From: Candidatus Levybacteria bacterium RIFCSPHIGHO2_01_FULL_36_15b
GTDB lineage: Bacteria; Patescibacteriota; Microgenomatia; Levybacterales; UBA12049
Direction: 5' to 3'
Length of the DNA: 64,000 nucleotides
NCBI GenBank assembly: GCA_001782045.1
Contig: MFNK01000009.1
Span: 7,516 to 71,515, forward strand
Shown piece after piece: positions 18,619-27,605 of this stretch. The position numbers were made by a program, and so were the translations under genes. The stretch's first letter is position 1, and each line of letters opens with the position of its first letter. Below the pieces are notes generated by a model. That model saw only the letters and a list, made by a program, of their open reading frames with translations, was not told where the DNA came from and searched no databases.

Positions 18619-20097
18619 ATGGATAAAAAGACAAAAATTGAACATTCAAAGAATGAATACAACTTTCCTCCTGTAGTTGCGGTTTTGGGTCACGTTGATC
18701 ACGGCAAAACTTCTCTTTTAGATGCAATAAGAAAAACAAATATCGCAGGAGCAGAACATGGTGGAATAACCCAAAAAATCGGAGCATCAAGCATTAAAGT
18801 AACCCACGAAGGAAAAGAGCGAAGAATTACTTTTATAGATACCCCCGGACACGAAGCTTTTACCAAAATGCGAGGACGCGGAGCGCAAGCTGCAGATATT
18901 GGAATATTAGTCGTTTCTGCAGTTGATGGTGTGATGCCTCAAACAAAAGAAAGCATAACGTTATTAAAAGCTTCTGAAATTCCATTTATTGTTGCTTTTA
19001 CAAAAGTTGACGATCCGCAAAAATTAGTTGATAAAGCAAAGGACCAGCTTTTAAAAGAAGAAGTAATGCTTGAAGGTTATGGAGGAGATATTCCTTTTAT
19101 AGAAGTTTCCGCAAAAGAGGGGCACAACATAAAAGAGCTTTTAGACTTAATTCTTTTGATTTTTGATTTAAAATTAGACAGTAATTTTTATCATTTTTCA
19201 AAAGACGGACAATTTAAAGGAATAGTAATTGAGTCAAAACTGGATCAAAAGAAAGGACCGCTGGCTTCTGTGGTGGTTAAAAATGGAAAATTAAGTCTTA
19301 AAGACGAATTATTTTCACCAGAAGGAAATTTGGGAAAAGTAAAAAACCTTATATCTGCAACCAGCGAAAATATAAAAGAGGCAGAAATAGGTGAAGCAGT
19401 GGAGATATTAGGATTTGCAAAAGCTCCTACCGTAGGAAGCGTTATTAGTACAACAAAGGTTGCCGCAGAAGAGATAGTTGAAGCACAAAAAGCACCTGCG
19501 CTTTCTAATTCTCCTTTTGAGAGAAATGAAGAGAATATGATTCCAATAGTTTTGTGTGCCGATACCTTAGGTTCTCTAGAAGCCATAAAATATTCATTGC
19601 CTGAAAAAGCAAAAATTGTTAAGGAAAAAACCGGCGAAATAGAAGTGTCAGATGTCTTATATGCTAAATCTACAGGCGCAATAGTATTGGGATTTAATGT
19701 TAAGTTAAAACCTGAAATTTTAAAGCTTGCCAAAACAGAAAAAATTCTAGTTAAGAGTTATTCAATAATTTACGAGATGATTGATGAAATAAATGATTTT
19801 GTACAAGGAAAACTAGAGGCCTTACAAGAGGAAGTTTTTGGCATAGGTAAAATACTTGCAAGTTTCCCGTACGAAAAAACAAAAGTGATGGGAATAAAAG
19901 TGCAAGAGGGAAGAATCGCAAAAAACGATAAATTGAGGCTAATTAGAAACGATGAAGTTATTGGCGAAAGCCATGTTGCTTCTTTAAGACAAGGTAAAGA
20001 GCAGGTTTCAAAAATTGAAGAAGGAGCAGAAGGGGGAATAATAATTTCTCCTTTCCTTGACTTTACTATAGGAGATATGGTACTATCGCACAACTAA
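18619..20097 (+). CDS. infB: translation initiation factor IF-2 (short form starting at the G domain, 492 aa)
   Basis: G1 [15 protein letters not shown]3 DTPGHEAF, G4 TKVD; IF-2 C-terminal beta-barrels. Confidence 0.9.
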   Translation: MDKKTKIEHSKNEYNFPPVVAVLGHVDHGKTSLLDAIRKTNIAGAEHGGITQKIGASSIKVTHEGKERRITFIDTPGHEAFTKMRGRGAQAADIGILVVSAVDGVMPQTKESITLLKASEIPFIVAFTKVDDPQKLVDKAKDQLLKEEVMLEGYGGDIPFIEVSAKEGHNIKELLDLILLIFDLKLDSNFYHFSKDGQFKGIVIESKLDQKKGPLASVVVKNGKLSLKDELFSPEGNLGKVKNLISATSENIKEAEIGEAVEILGFAKAPTVGSVISTTKVAAEEIVEAQKAPALSNSPFERNEENMIPIVLCADTLGSLEAIKYSLPEKAKIVKEKTGEIEVSDVLYAKSTGAIVLGFNVKLKPEILKLAKTEKILVKSYSIIYEMIDEINDFVQGKLEALQEEVFGIGKILASFPYEKTKVMGIKVQEGRIAKNDKLRLIRNDEVIGESHVASLRQGKEQVSKIEEGAEGGIIISPFLDFTIGDMVLSHN

Positions 20098-20115
20098 CTG
20101 CCCCAAAAACAAGTT

Positions 20116-21060
20116 ATGGATAATTTAACATTCCCAAAGATTAAAGAAGCAATAGAAAAATATCAAACAATCGGAATTGCTTTTGCTTCCGGTTCTAATC
20201 TTGATTCCACAGCAGGAGCGCTTTCTTTATATTTATCTCTTAAGAATTTAGGCAAGAATGTAACAGTTGCCTCCCCGTCAAGCCCATTAGTAGAAGTTTC
20301 TTCTTTAGTTGGAATTGATGAGGTTTCTACTGGTTTTGGGGGAGCAGGAGGAGATTTAGTCGTATCTTTTCCTTATAAAGAAGGAGAAATAGAAAAAGTT
20401 TCTTATACACGAGACGAAAATTTTTTGAACATAGTAGTTAAAGCAGGAGAATTGGGGCTTGGATTTGATGAGAAAGATGTTAAATATTCAAGGTCGGGTG
20501 CTGCACCAGAGCTTTTATTTGTTGTTGGAACTCCCCGAATTTCGGATTTGGGTCCTCTTTTTGATCCGGCAATTTTAAAAGATACCGTTGTTATAAATAT
20601 AGATAATAATTCTCAAAATCAAGGATTTGGAGATATCGTAATGGTATCTAATAGACTTTCTTCGGTTTCGGAAGCAATTGCAAATTTACTTTTGGCACTT
20701 AATTTAAAAATTGATTTGGATATTGCACAAAATTTAATGCTCGGATTGTCAAATGCCACCGATAATTTCCAAAGCGAGTCCACAAGTCCTTTGGCTTTTG
20801 AAATAGCGGGAATTTTAATGAGACAGGGCGCAACAAGACCGTCTCAAAAAATAGCAAGAAGAAGGGTTTCTGAAGACGATTTCATTAAACAGCAGGAAAG
20901 ACAGATTAGGGTTCAATCTCAAGAATCAGCTCGAGATCAAGAGCCAATAAGACAGCAAGAGCCTGTTTTAGAACAAGCAGAAAAAAAGGAAAAAACAGTT
21001 GAAAATCCGCCGGAAGATTGGCTAGAGCCAAAAATCTATAAGGGTTCCACAAACTTCTAA
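20116..21060 (+). CDS. DHH-family (NrnA-like) phosphoesterase homolog with degenerate active site, Q/E-rich C-terminal tail
   Basis: Aligns to the NrnA N-terminal DHH domain (TIGIAFASGSNLD.., VVINIDNNSQNQGFGDIVMV, SSVSEAIANLL). DHH motif reads DNN, motif I His/Asp replaced, no DHHA1 GGGH. Confidence 0.55.
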   Translation: MDNLTFPKIKEAIEKYQTIGIAFASGSNLDSTAGALSLYLSLKNLGKNVTVASPSSPLVEVSSLVGIDEVSTGFGGAGGDLVVSFPYKEGEIEKVSYTRDENFLNIVVKAGELGLGFDEKDVKYSRSGAAPELLFVVGTPRISDLGPLFDPAILKDTVVINIDNNSQNQGFGDIVMVSNRLSSVSEAIANLLLALNLKIDLDIAQNLMLGLSNATDNFQSESTSPLAFEIAGILMRQGATRPSQKIARRRVSEDDFIKQQERQIRVQSQESARDQEPIRQQEPVLEQAEKKEKTVENPPEDWLEPKIYKGSTNF

Positions 21061-21062
21061 TT

Positions 21063-21587
21063 ATGAATGAGAAAACTAGACCCCAACTTGAGAGTAGGTT
21101 GCTTGCATGGAGCAGAAAAAATAACAATAATGAACGTGGATTAAGACGCCAAGAACCGGAAAATCCTAAGGTTTATCCGTTTGCTGATTTTGATGACTAT
21201 GTTCTTGGATTTAGAGCAGGCGTTCAGCAAGATTTTGGAATCGTCTTAAGTCATATCGAAGTTCCCTTTGACGGACATTCTTATGAAGCATTTTTAGATG
21301 GGTTAGCTGGATTTGAAAGTGAGGGGAATTGGGGAAGAATGGCTAATCATACAGGATTAACACTTTTATTACTTCATTTAGGTTATCCCCGAGCGCAATT
21401 AACAGAAAGAAGGATAGAAATTTATCAGCATCCAGGTGCTTTAGAAAAGTATAGAGAAGATATCGAAGATTTAATGAAGCGTAAAAAAATAGATCCAAAA
21501 AATCCATCTCCAATTATGCCTGTATACGGAAACATGGTTGGGGCTCTAGATCCAAACCCAAAGACTGTTTACACTCGACCATTGTAA
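21063..21587 (+). CDS. hypothetical protein (compositionally atypical, R/G/H-rich)
   Basis: 174 aa, no recognised domain. Confidence 0.4.
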   Translation: MNEKTRPQLESRLLAWSRKNNNNERGLRRQEPENPKVYPFADFDDYVLGFRAGVQQDFGIVLSHIEVPFDGHSYEAFLDGLAGFESEGNWGRMANHTGLTLLLLHLGYPRAQLTERRIEIYQHPGALEKYREDIEDLMKRKKIDPKNPSPIMPVYGNMVGALDPNPKTVYTRPL

Positions 21588-21642
21588 TTGGAAACAGGAG
21601 CTGTTATAATACGTTCTGTTATTAAGAAAGAAAAATTAGTTT

Positions 21643-21915
21643 ATGCCACTTAGTTCTACGCAAAAGAAAGACATAATTAAAGAATTCCAAACAGCAAAAG
21701 GAGATACAGGAAGTCCTGAAGTCCAAGTTGCGCTTTTAACGCATAGAATAGAAAGATTAACTGAACATCTTCAGGGACACGGACATGATAATCACAGCAG
21801 ACGCGGACTTCTTTCTATGATTGCAAAGAGAAGAAGACTTATCAATTTTTTGGAAAAAGTTGATAAGGCAAGATCCTCGGATATAGCAAAAAGGGTAGGA
21901 TTAAAAAGTAAGTAA
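21643..21915 (+). CDS. rpsO: 30S ribosomal protein S15
   Basis: 90 aa. S15 signature (TGSPEVQVALLT..HSRRGLL..RRRLL.YL). Confidence 0.9.
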   Translation: MPLSSTQKKDIIKEFQTAKGDTGSPEVQVALLTHRIERLTEHLQGHGHDNHSRRGLLSMIAKRRRLINFLEKVDKARSSDIAKRVGLKSK

Positions 21916-21921
21916 AAATTA

Positions 21922-24183
21922 ATGAAACAAACCTCAAAAGAGCTAGATTTAGCTGGTAAAAAATTAACACTACAAATAGGAAACTTGGCTCAACAAGCCA
22001 CATCTTCTGTTTTAGCAAGACTCGGAGATACCGTAGTATTAGTTACGGTTGTTGAGGGTGGCCCAACAGACTTAGATTATTTTCCTCTTAGTGTTGAATA
22101 CGTAGAAAGGCTTTATGCGGGAGGCAGAATTAAAGGAAGCCGCTGGGTAAAAAGAGAGGGAAGACCAAGCGATGAAGCTATACTTGCAGGAAGAGTAATT
22201 GATCGTTCCATTAGGCCTCTTTTCCCCAAAGCCTTTAAAAACGAAGTTCAAATTATTGTAACAGTACTTTCAGTTGATGGGGAAAACGAACCAGACATCG
22301 TTGCTTTAAATGCAGTATCGGCTGCAATTGCAATATCGCGAATTCCATGGAACGGACCAATTGGGGCTGTAAGAATGGGTTATGTTAAAGAAAATGGAAG
22401 CGCTGCAGAATTTTTAGCAAATCCAACTTCCAGCGAAATTGAACTTTCAGAGCTTGACATGGTTGTTTCTCAAACTAAAGACAAAACAGTGATGATTGAA
22501 GCTGGTGCTTTGCAGGTACCCGAGGATGTATTGGTAGAAGCAATAAAAAGGGCTCAGGTGGAAAATGAAAAGATAGTTTCCGCAATTGAGGAACTAGTAA
22601 AAGAGGTTGGAGCAAAGAAACTTGCAACAACTGAAGATCCACTGCTCCACGAAACGATTCAAATAATAGAAAAGTCATATAAAGAAGATGTACAAGCGCT
22701 TATTAAATCACGAGTTGATAAAGAATCTGGTGGGGATGACACAGGAGATTTAATAAATAAAATATACGACGACCAAAAAATGAAAAACAAAGATACGGAA
22801 ATTGACAAAAAACAGGTTGCTAAAGCAATAGAATATGTAATGTTTAAGCTTATCAGAAAAGATGTTTTGGAAAAGAAACATAGGCCAGATGGTAGAGGCA
22901 TGGACGAAATCCGAGAAATTGATACAAAAGTTGGAATTTTACCAAGAACACATGGTAGTGCGCTTTTTCAAAGAGGCCTTACACAGGCTTTATCAATTGT
23001 AACCCTTGGTTCTCCCCGAATGGAACAGCTAATTGAGTCTGCAGAAGGAGAAGAGTCTAAAAGATATATTCATCATTATAGCGGACTACCTTATTCTTTT
23101 GGACAAACCGGAAGAGTAGGAACACCTAGCAGACGAGAAATAGGACATGGAGCACTTGCAGAAAGAGCGCTAAAAGGAGTAATACCTTCGCAAAATGAAT
23201 TCCCTTACACAATAAGATTAGTTTCGGAAGTATTATCTCAGAATGGATCAAGCTCTATGGCTTCAACTTGCGGATCAACTCTTGCCCTTATGGATGCCGG
23301 AGTGCCAATTAAAAAACCTGTAGCAGGAATATCTATAGGAATGATGTCGGATGAAAAAAGCTACGAGCTTTTAACTGATATTATTGGGCTTGAAGATTTT
23401 TCAGGAGATATGGATTTTAAAGTGGCAGGAACCGATACCGGTGTCACGGCGATACAAGTTGATGTAAAAATTCCAGGTTTAACTCAAGCCCAAATTAAAG
23501 ATATTTTTGAAGCTTCTAAAAAGGCAAGACTATCAATTTTAGAAAAAATGCTATCAGTAATACCAACGACTCGCGAAAATCTTTCTCAGTATGCGCCAAA
23601 GATAGAGATGTTAAATATCCCGGTGGATAAAATTGGAGAATTAATAGGACCGGGAGGTAAAGTTATAAAAAATATAATATCTACAACAGGCGCAACTGTT
23701 GATGTAGAAGATGATGGATCTGTAACGGTTTCAGGAACAAACGAAGAATCAGTACAAAAAGCAATCGATTGGGTTAAGAGCTTAACAAGAGATGTTGGGG
23801 TGGGAGAAACATTTGAAGGAGAAGTAAAAAGAATATTACCTTTTGGTGCATTCGTTGAAATTTTACCCGGAAAAGAAGGTATGGTTCATGTTTCTAAGAT
23901 GTCTACAGAATTTGTAAATAATCCTTCTGATATTGTTGAAATAGGGCAAAAAGTTAAAGTAAGAGTTGCAGAAATAGACGATCAAGGAAGAATAAATCTG
24001 TCTATGTTATTTGGAGCAGATGCAGAGAAAGAGAAAGAACCTCGTGGCCCATCAAATAGAAACTTTGAAGCACGAGAAAGGGAACCAAGACGAGAACATC
24101 CTCTTTCCATGCAATTTAAAAGAGAAAGACAAAAAACATGGCAGCAAAATAAGCGTTTTGGACCTAAAAAACCAAGATACTAA
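21922..24183 (+). CDS. pnp: polyribonucleotide nucleotidyltransferase (PNPase)
   Basis: Two RNase PH domains, KH and S1 domains, basic C-terminal tail. 753 aa. Confidence 0.95.
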   Translation: MKQTSKELDLAGKKLTLQIGNLAQQATSSVLARLGDTVVLVTVVEGGPTDLDYFPLSVEYVERLYAGGRIKGSRWVKREGRPSDEAILAGRVIDRSIRPLFPKAFKNEVQIIVTVLSVDGENEPDIVALNAVSAAIAISRIPWNGPIGAVRMGYVKENGSAAEFLANPTSSEIELSELDMVVSQTKDKTVMIEAGALQVPEDVLVEAIKRAQVENEKIVSAIEELVKEVGAKKLATTEDPLLHETIQIIEKSYKEDVQALIKSRVDKESGGDDTGDLINKIYDDQKMKNKDTEIDKKQVAKAIEYVMFKLIRKDVLEKKHRPDGRGMDEIREIDTKVGILPRTHGSALFQRGLTQALSIVTLGSPRMEQLIESAEGEESKRYIHHYSGLPYSFGQTGRVGTPSRREIGHGALAERALKGVIPSQNEFPYTIRLVSEVLSQNGSSSMASTCGSTLALMDAGVPIKKPVAGISIGMMSDEKSYELLTDIIGLEDFSGDMDFKVAGTDTGVTAIQVDVKIPGLTQAQIKDIFEASKKARLSILEKMLSVIPTTRENLSQYAPKIEMLNIPVDKIGELIGPGGKVIKNIISTTGATVDVEDDGSVTVSGTNEESVQKAIDWVKSLTRDVGVGETFEGEVKRILPFGAFVEILPGKEGMVHVSKMSTEFVNNPSDIVEIGQKVKVRVAEIDDQGRINLSMLFGADAEKEKEPRGPSNRNFEAREREPRREHPLSMQFKRERQKTWQQNKRFGPKKPRY

Positions 24184-24209
24184 TTCCCCATTGTGTTATT
24201 ATTAAATTA

Positions 24210-25265
24210 ATGGATTCTGCCCAAAATATTGATTCAGAGTTAAATAAATTATCAGAGAAGGTTAAAAAAGCATCTCTTCCTCCCGATTTACAAGAAAAGG
24301 TTAATTCTATGTTATCGCTTTTATCTATTAGTTTAAAAACAGGAACAGGTAGTTTTATAAACTATCAAACAACCGAAAATTACTTAAATTGGCTATGTTC
24401 ATTGCCATTCAACCTTGAAACGCAGGACAATTTAGATATCAACAAAGCAAAAGAAATACTAGACAAAAATCATTACGGATTAATGTCCGTAAAAGACACG
24501 ATTATGGAATACTTATCAACCCTAATTTTAAATAAACAAAATAATACAATGGTTAATGCGCCAATTCTTTGTTTGGTAGGATTGGTAGGAACAGGTAAAA
24601 CAACACTTGCGTATTCTATAGCAGAAGCGTTGGGAAGAAGATTTGAAAGAATTCCTTTTGGAGGGTTATCCGATTCTTTGTCTTTAAGAGGACAATCGCG
24701 TGCATTTACTGACGCAGAGCCCGGTCTATTTATTAAGAAAATCGTACATGCCCAAAGCAAAAATTGCGTAATATTACTAGATGAACTTGATAGAATTGCA
24801 GAGCATGCCAGAGCAGATGTTATGGGAGTATTAATTGAAGCACTAGACAATGAGCAAAATAATTCGTTTGTTGATCATTATATAGATTATCCTTTTGATT
24901 TGTCTCATGTTTTATTTATTGCAACAGCAAATAACACGACAAGTCTTTCTACCGCAGTATTGGATAGATTAGAAATTATTCAAATGCCCTCCTACAACGA
25001 TGATGAAAAAAAAGTGATTGGGCAAAAATATTTATTTCCAAAAATTGTTAAAAACGCGGGACTTCTAGACAACCAGGTAATAATAGAAGAAATTTTATGG
25101 CCTACCATTATTAGGCCGCTTGGTTATGATAGCGGTATAAGAAGTTTGGAAAGAAGCCTAGAAAATATTGCAAGAAGAGTTGCGCGTATGATTGTAGAAG
25201 GCAAATTATCTAAAAATTCGCAAGTTAAAATAGATAGTAATAATATAAGAGAGTATTTAAATTAA
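24210..25265 (+). CDS. Lon-derived AAA+ ATPase lacking both the LAN N-domain and the S16 protease domain
   Basis: Aligns with LonA from the pre-AAA long helix (ENYLNWLCSLPF..KAKEILDKNHYGL) through Walker A (GLVGTGKTT), Walker B (VILLDELD), sensor regions. Ends (..NNIREYLN*) exactly at the AAA+/protease boundary. rnj starts 2 nt later. Confidence 0.7.
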   Translation: MDSAQNIDSELNKLSEKVKKASLPPDLQEKVNSMLSLLSISLKTGTGSFINYQTTENYLNWLCSLPFNLETQDNLDINKAKEILDKNHYGLMSVKDTIMEYLSTLILNKQNNTMVNAPILCLVGLVGTGKTTLAYSIAEALGRRFERIPFGGLSDSLSLRGQSRAFTDAEPGLFIKKIVHAQSKNCVILLDELDRIAEHARADVMGVLIEALDNEQNNSFVDHYIDYPFDLSHVLFIATANNTTSLSTAVLDRLEIIQMPSYNDDEKKVIGQKYLFPKIVKNAGLLDNQVIIEEILWPTIIRPLGYDSGIRSLERSLENIARRVARMIVEGKLSKNSQVKIDSNNIREYLN

Positions 25266-25266
25266 T

Positions 25267-26922
25267 ATGGAAGAAAAAATATCAATTATTCCTTTGGGTG
25301 GAGTTTCGGACGTTACTCGTAATATGTATATTTACGAATACAAGAACGAGATTCTTCTTGTGGATTGCGGAATCGGTTTTGCAAACGAAACTGTTGTAGG
25401 GGTGGATTTATTGCTGCCGGATATTTCTTATCTAAAAACTACAAATAAAAAAATTGTTGGAATGGCAATAACTCACGGACACGAAGATCACATGGGAGCT
25501 TTGCCTTATATCTTACCCGACCTTCCTGATTTTCCAATATACGCTACATCTTTAACCGCAGAATTTGCAAATGAGAAATTAAAGGAGTTTGGGATGCCAA
25601 AAAGAATTCAAAAAGTAGATTTTGATGGAGGAGAAGTAAAGATTGGAAGCTTTACAATTTCTTTCGTTAGAGTTACGCATAGTATTCCAGATACTTCTCA
25701 CGTTTTTATAAAAACCCCCGTAGGTAATTTTTATCATGGAAGCGATTTTAAATTTGACTTAACTCCATACGACGGCAAAAAAACAGATTTTCAAAAAATC
25801 GTAAAGCTTGCAAATCAAGGAGTTATATGTCTTTTATCCGATGCGCTTCGCGCGGAGGAACCGGGAAAGGCTCCTTCAGAATCAAGCTTAACTTATGCAT
25901 TTGAAGAAGAGATAGATAAAACCAAAGGCAAGTTTATAGTTACTACATTTTCTTCAAATATTTCAAGACTTAATCAGGTAATAAATGTTGCAAAAAAGTT
26001 TAACAAAAAGATCTGCTTTGTAGGAAGGTCTTTGATTAAGGCTAAAGATATGGCAATAAGACTAGGATACATGAGCCTCCCTAAAGATATGGAAGTTGAT
26101 GTTAGGGATTTAAAGCACGTAAAAGATCAAAATTTGGTTTTAATAGTAGCAGGAAGTCAAGGGCAGGAGAATTCTGCGCTAACACGTATTGTAAGCGGGG
26201 AATTTAGGGAAATAAAATTAAATCCAGCCGATACCATTATTTTTAGTTCCGATCCAATTCCGGGAAACGAAATATCTATTAATTCATTAATAGATGAAAT
26301 ATCTAAAATTGGAACACGCGTTATTTATTCTGCAATTTCCGAAAGCTTTCATGTATCGGGTCATGGAGCCGCTGATGATTTAATGATGTTGATGAACTTA
26401 GTAAGACCAAGTAAGGTTTTACCGATAGGTGCAACTTACAGACAAATGGTTGCCTATAAGCAGCTTGCCAGACAGCAAAGCTTTGAAGATAAGGATATTA
26501 TTTTAATCGAAAATGGGCAGGAAGTAGTATTTACTAAGGAATCTTCATTTCTTGGTAGAAAACTAAATCTTAGGAATGTTTTTGTAGATCAAATTTCAGG
26601 GGAGGAAATCGAGAGTTTCGTGGTAATGGACAGGCAAAAAATTGCAAAAGAAGGAGTAATAGTTGTTATTGCAGAAGTAGATTCCCAAACCGGACAAATC
26701 TTGGATAACCCTAATATTATTGCAAGAGGTTATGCTTCCGCAGACGCACAGACTTTATCTAAAGGACTCAGCAAAGAGTTAAAAACCGCGCTGTCCAGAA
26801 AGAAAGGACCGGTTACAAACTGGATTTATATAAGAAGACAACTGGCAGATGTAACAGAAAAGTTTATTTTCAAAACTTTCCGCAAACACCCCATGGTGCT
26901 TCCGATTGTTATCGAGATTTAG
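25267..26922 (+). CDS. rnj: ribonuclease J (metallo-beta-lactamase/beta-CASP RNase)
   Basis: MBL motif ITHGHEDHMGALP, beta-CASP region, RNase J C-terminal domain. 551 aa. Confidence 0.9.
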   Translation: MEEKISIIPLGGVSDVTRNMYIYEYKNEILLVDCGIGFANETVVGVDLLLPDISYLKTTNKKIVGMAITHGHEDHMGALPYILPDLPDFPIYATSLTAEFANEKLKEFGMPKRIQKVDFDGGEVKIGSFTISFVRVTHSIPDTSHVFIKTPVGNFYHGSDFKFDLTPYDGKKTDFQKIVKLANQGVICLLSDALRAEEPGKAPSESSLTYAFEEEIDKTKGKFIVTTFSSNISRLNQVINVAKKFNKKICFVGRSLIKAKDMAIRLGYMSLPKDMEVDVRDLKHVKDQNLVLIVAGSQGQENSALTRIVSGEFREIKLNPADTIIFSSDPIPGNEISINSLIDEISKIGTRVIYSAISESFHVSGHGAADDLMMLMNLVRPSKVLPIGATYRQMVAYKQLARQQSFEDKDIILIENGQEVVFTKESSFLGRKLNLRNVFVDQISGEEIESFVVMDRQKIAKEGVIVVIAEVDSQTGQILDNPNIIARGYASADAQTLSKGLSKELKTALSRKKGPVTNWIYIRRQLADVTEKFIFKTFRKHPMVLPIVIEI

Positions 26923-27499
26923 AAAGATTTCTTGTTAAATTTTCGATATCTTGTAGATGTTCATCTCTTTTAACATCTCCACGAATCTTTCTTTTGTAAA
27001 TTTTATCTTTTAATTCAGTTTCGGGACTCTGAATTTCGTAAACAATATCGCCGATTCTACCATATACAGGTTCAGAGAATTGTTGTTTGTCTACTGTTCC
27101 ATCACTTTTTATAATTTGCTTATCTTTTCCAAGTGGGCTAATTTTTGTTTGGAGGTAATAAATATCTAAGTTTGAACCCCCAAGATGATAAATTAGATTG
27201 TGGTAGTATTCTTTTCTTCCTTTATAATTGATTTTATAATCCAAAACTTCAGGATTAATCGATTTTAATATTTTCTCTATTGCTTCTTTTGGATTTGAAT
27301 CCGTTCCGTAAATTTGAATATCTATATCGTTATGAAATCTAGTGATTCCTTCTAGGTAGCCGTCCACGGCATACCCACCAGAAATGATAAGCCTCATTCC
27401 AAGCTGCGGAGCCACTTTTGTTAATTGTCCAATAATTTTAAGATCTGTCTGAACTCTTTCTTTTTGTTCAGAAGAAAGATTTTCTCTAATTATTTCCAT
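26909..27499 (-). CDS. nucleotidyltransferase-fold protein, ANT(2'')/Lnu-like (GGYAVDG...TRFHNDIDI)
   Basis: Pol-beta-superfamily NTase signature resembling aminoglycoside-2''-/lincosamide-nucleotidyltransferases (GGWAIDA..TR.HDDIDL). 3' end overlaps the rnj stop by 14 nt. Confidence 0.55.
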   Translation of the reverse strand: MEIIRENLSSEQKERVQTDLKIIGQLTKVAPQLGMRLIISGGYAVDGYLEGITRFHNDIDIQIYGTDSNPKEAIEKILKSINPEVLDYKINYKGRKEYYHNLIYHLGGSNLDIYYLQTKISPLGKDKQIIKSDGTVDKQQFSEPVYGRIGDIVYEIQSPETELKDKIYKRKIRGDVKRDEHLQDIENLTRNLSKSR

Positions 27500-27605
27500 G
27501 AGGAAATTATAGCAGAAATAGAAATATTACCCTATAGTTTGCAATTTAGTTAAAAAGGTATATAATTAAGTTGTACAAGGCTAATAAAGTCTTTATAATA
27601 AATAC

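Noticed and set aside
19245-19733. 162-aa minus-strand ORF
   Set aside because: Lies entirely antisense within infB, has low-complexity S/F/A-rich translation and no start context. Judged a spurious antisense ORF.
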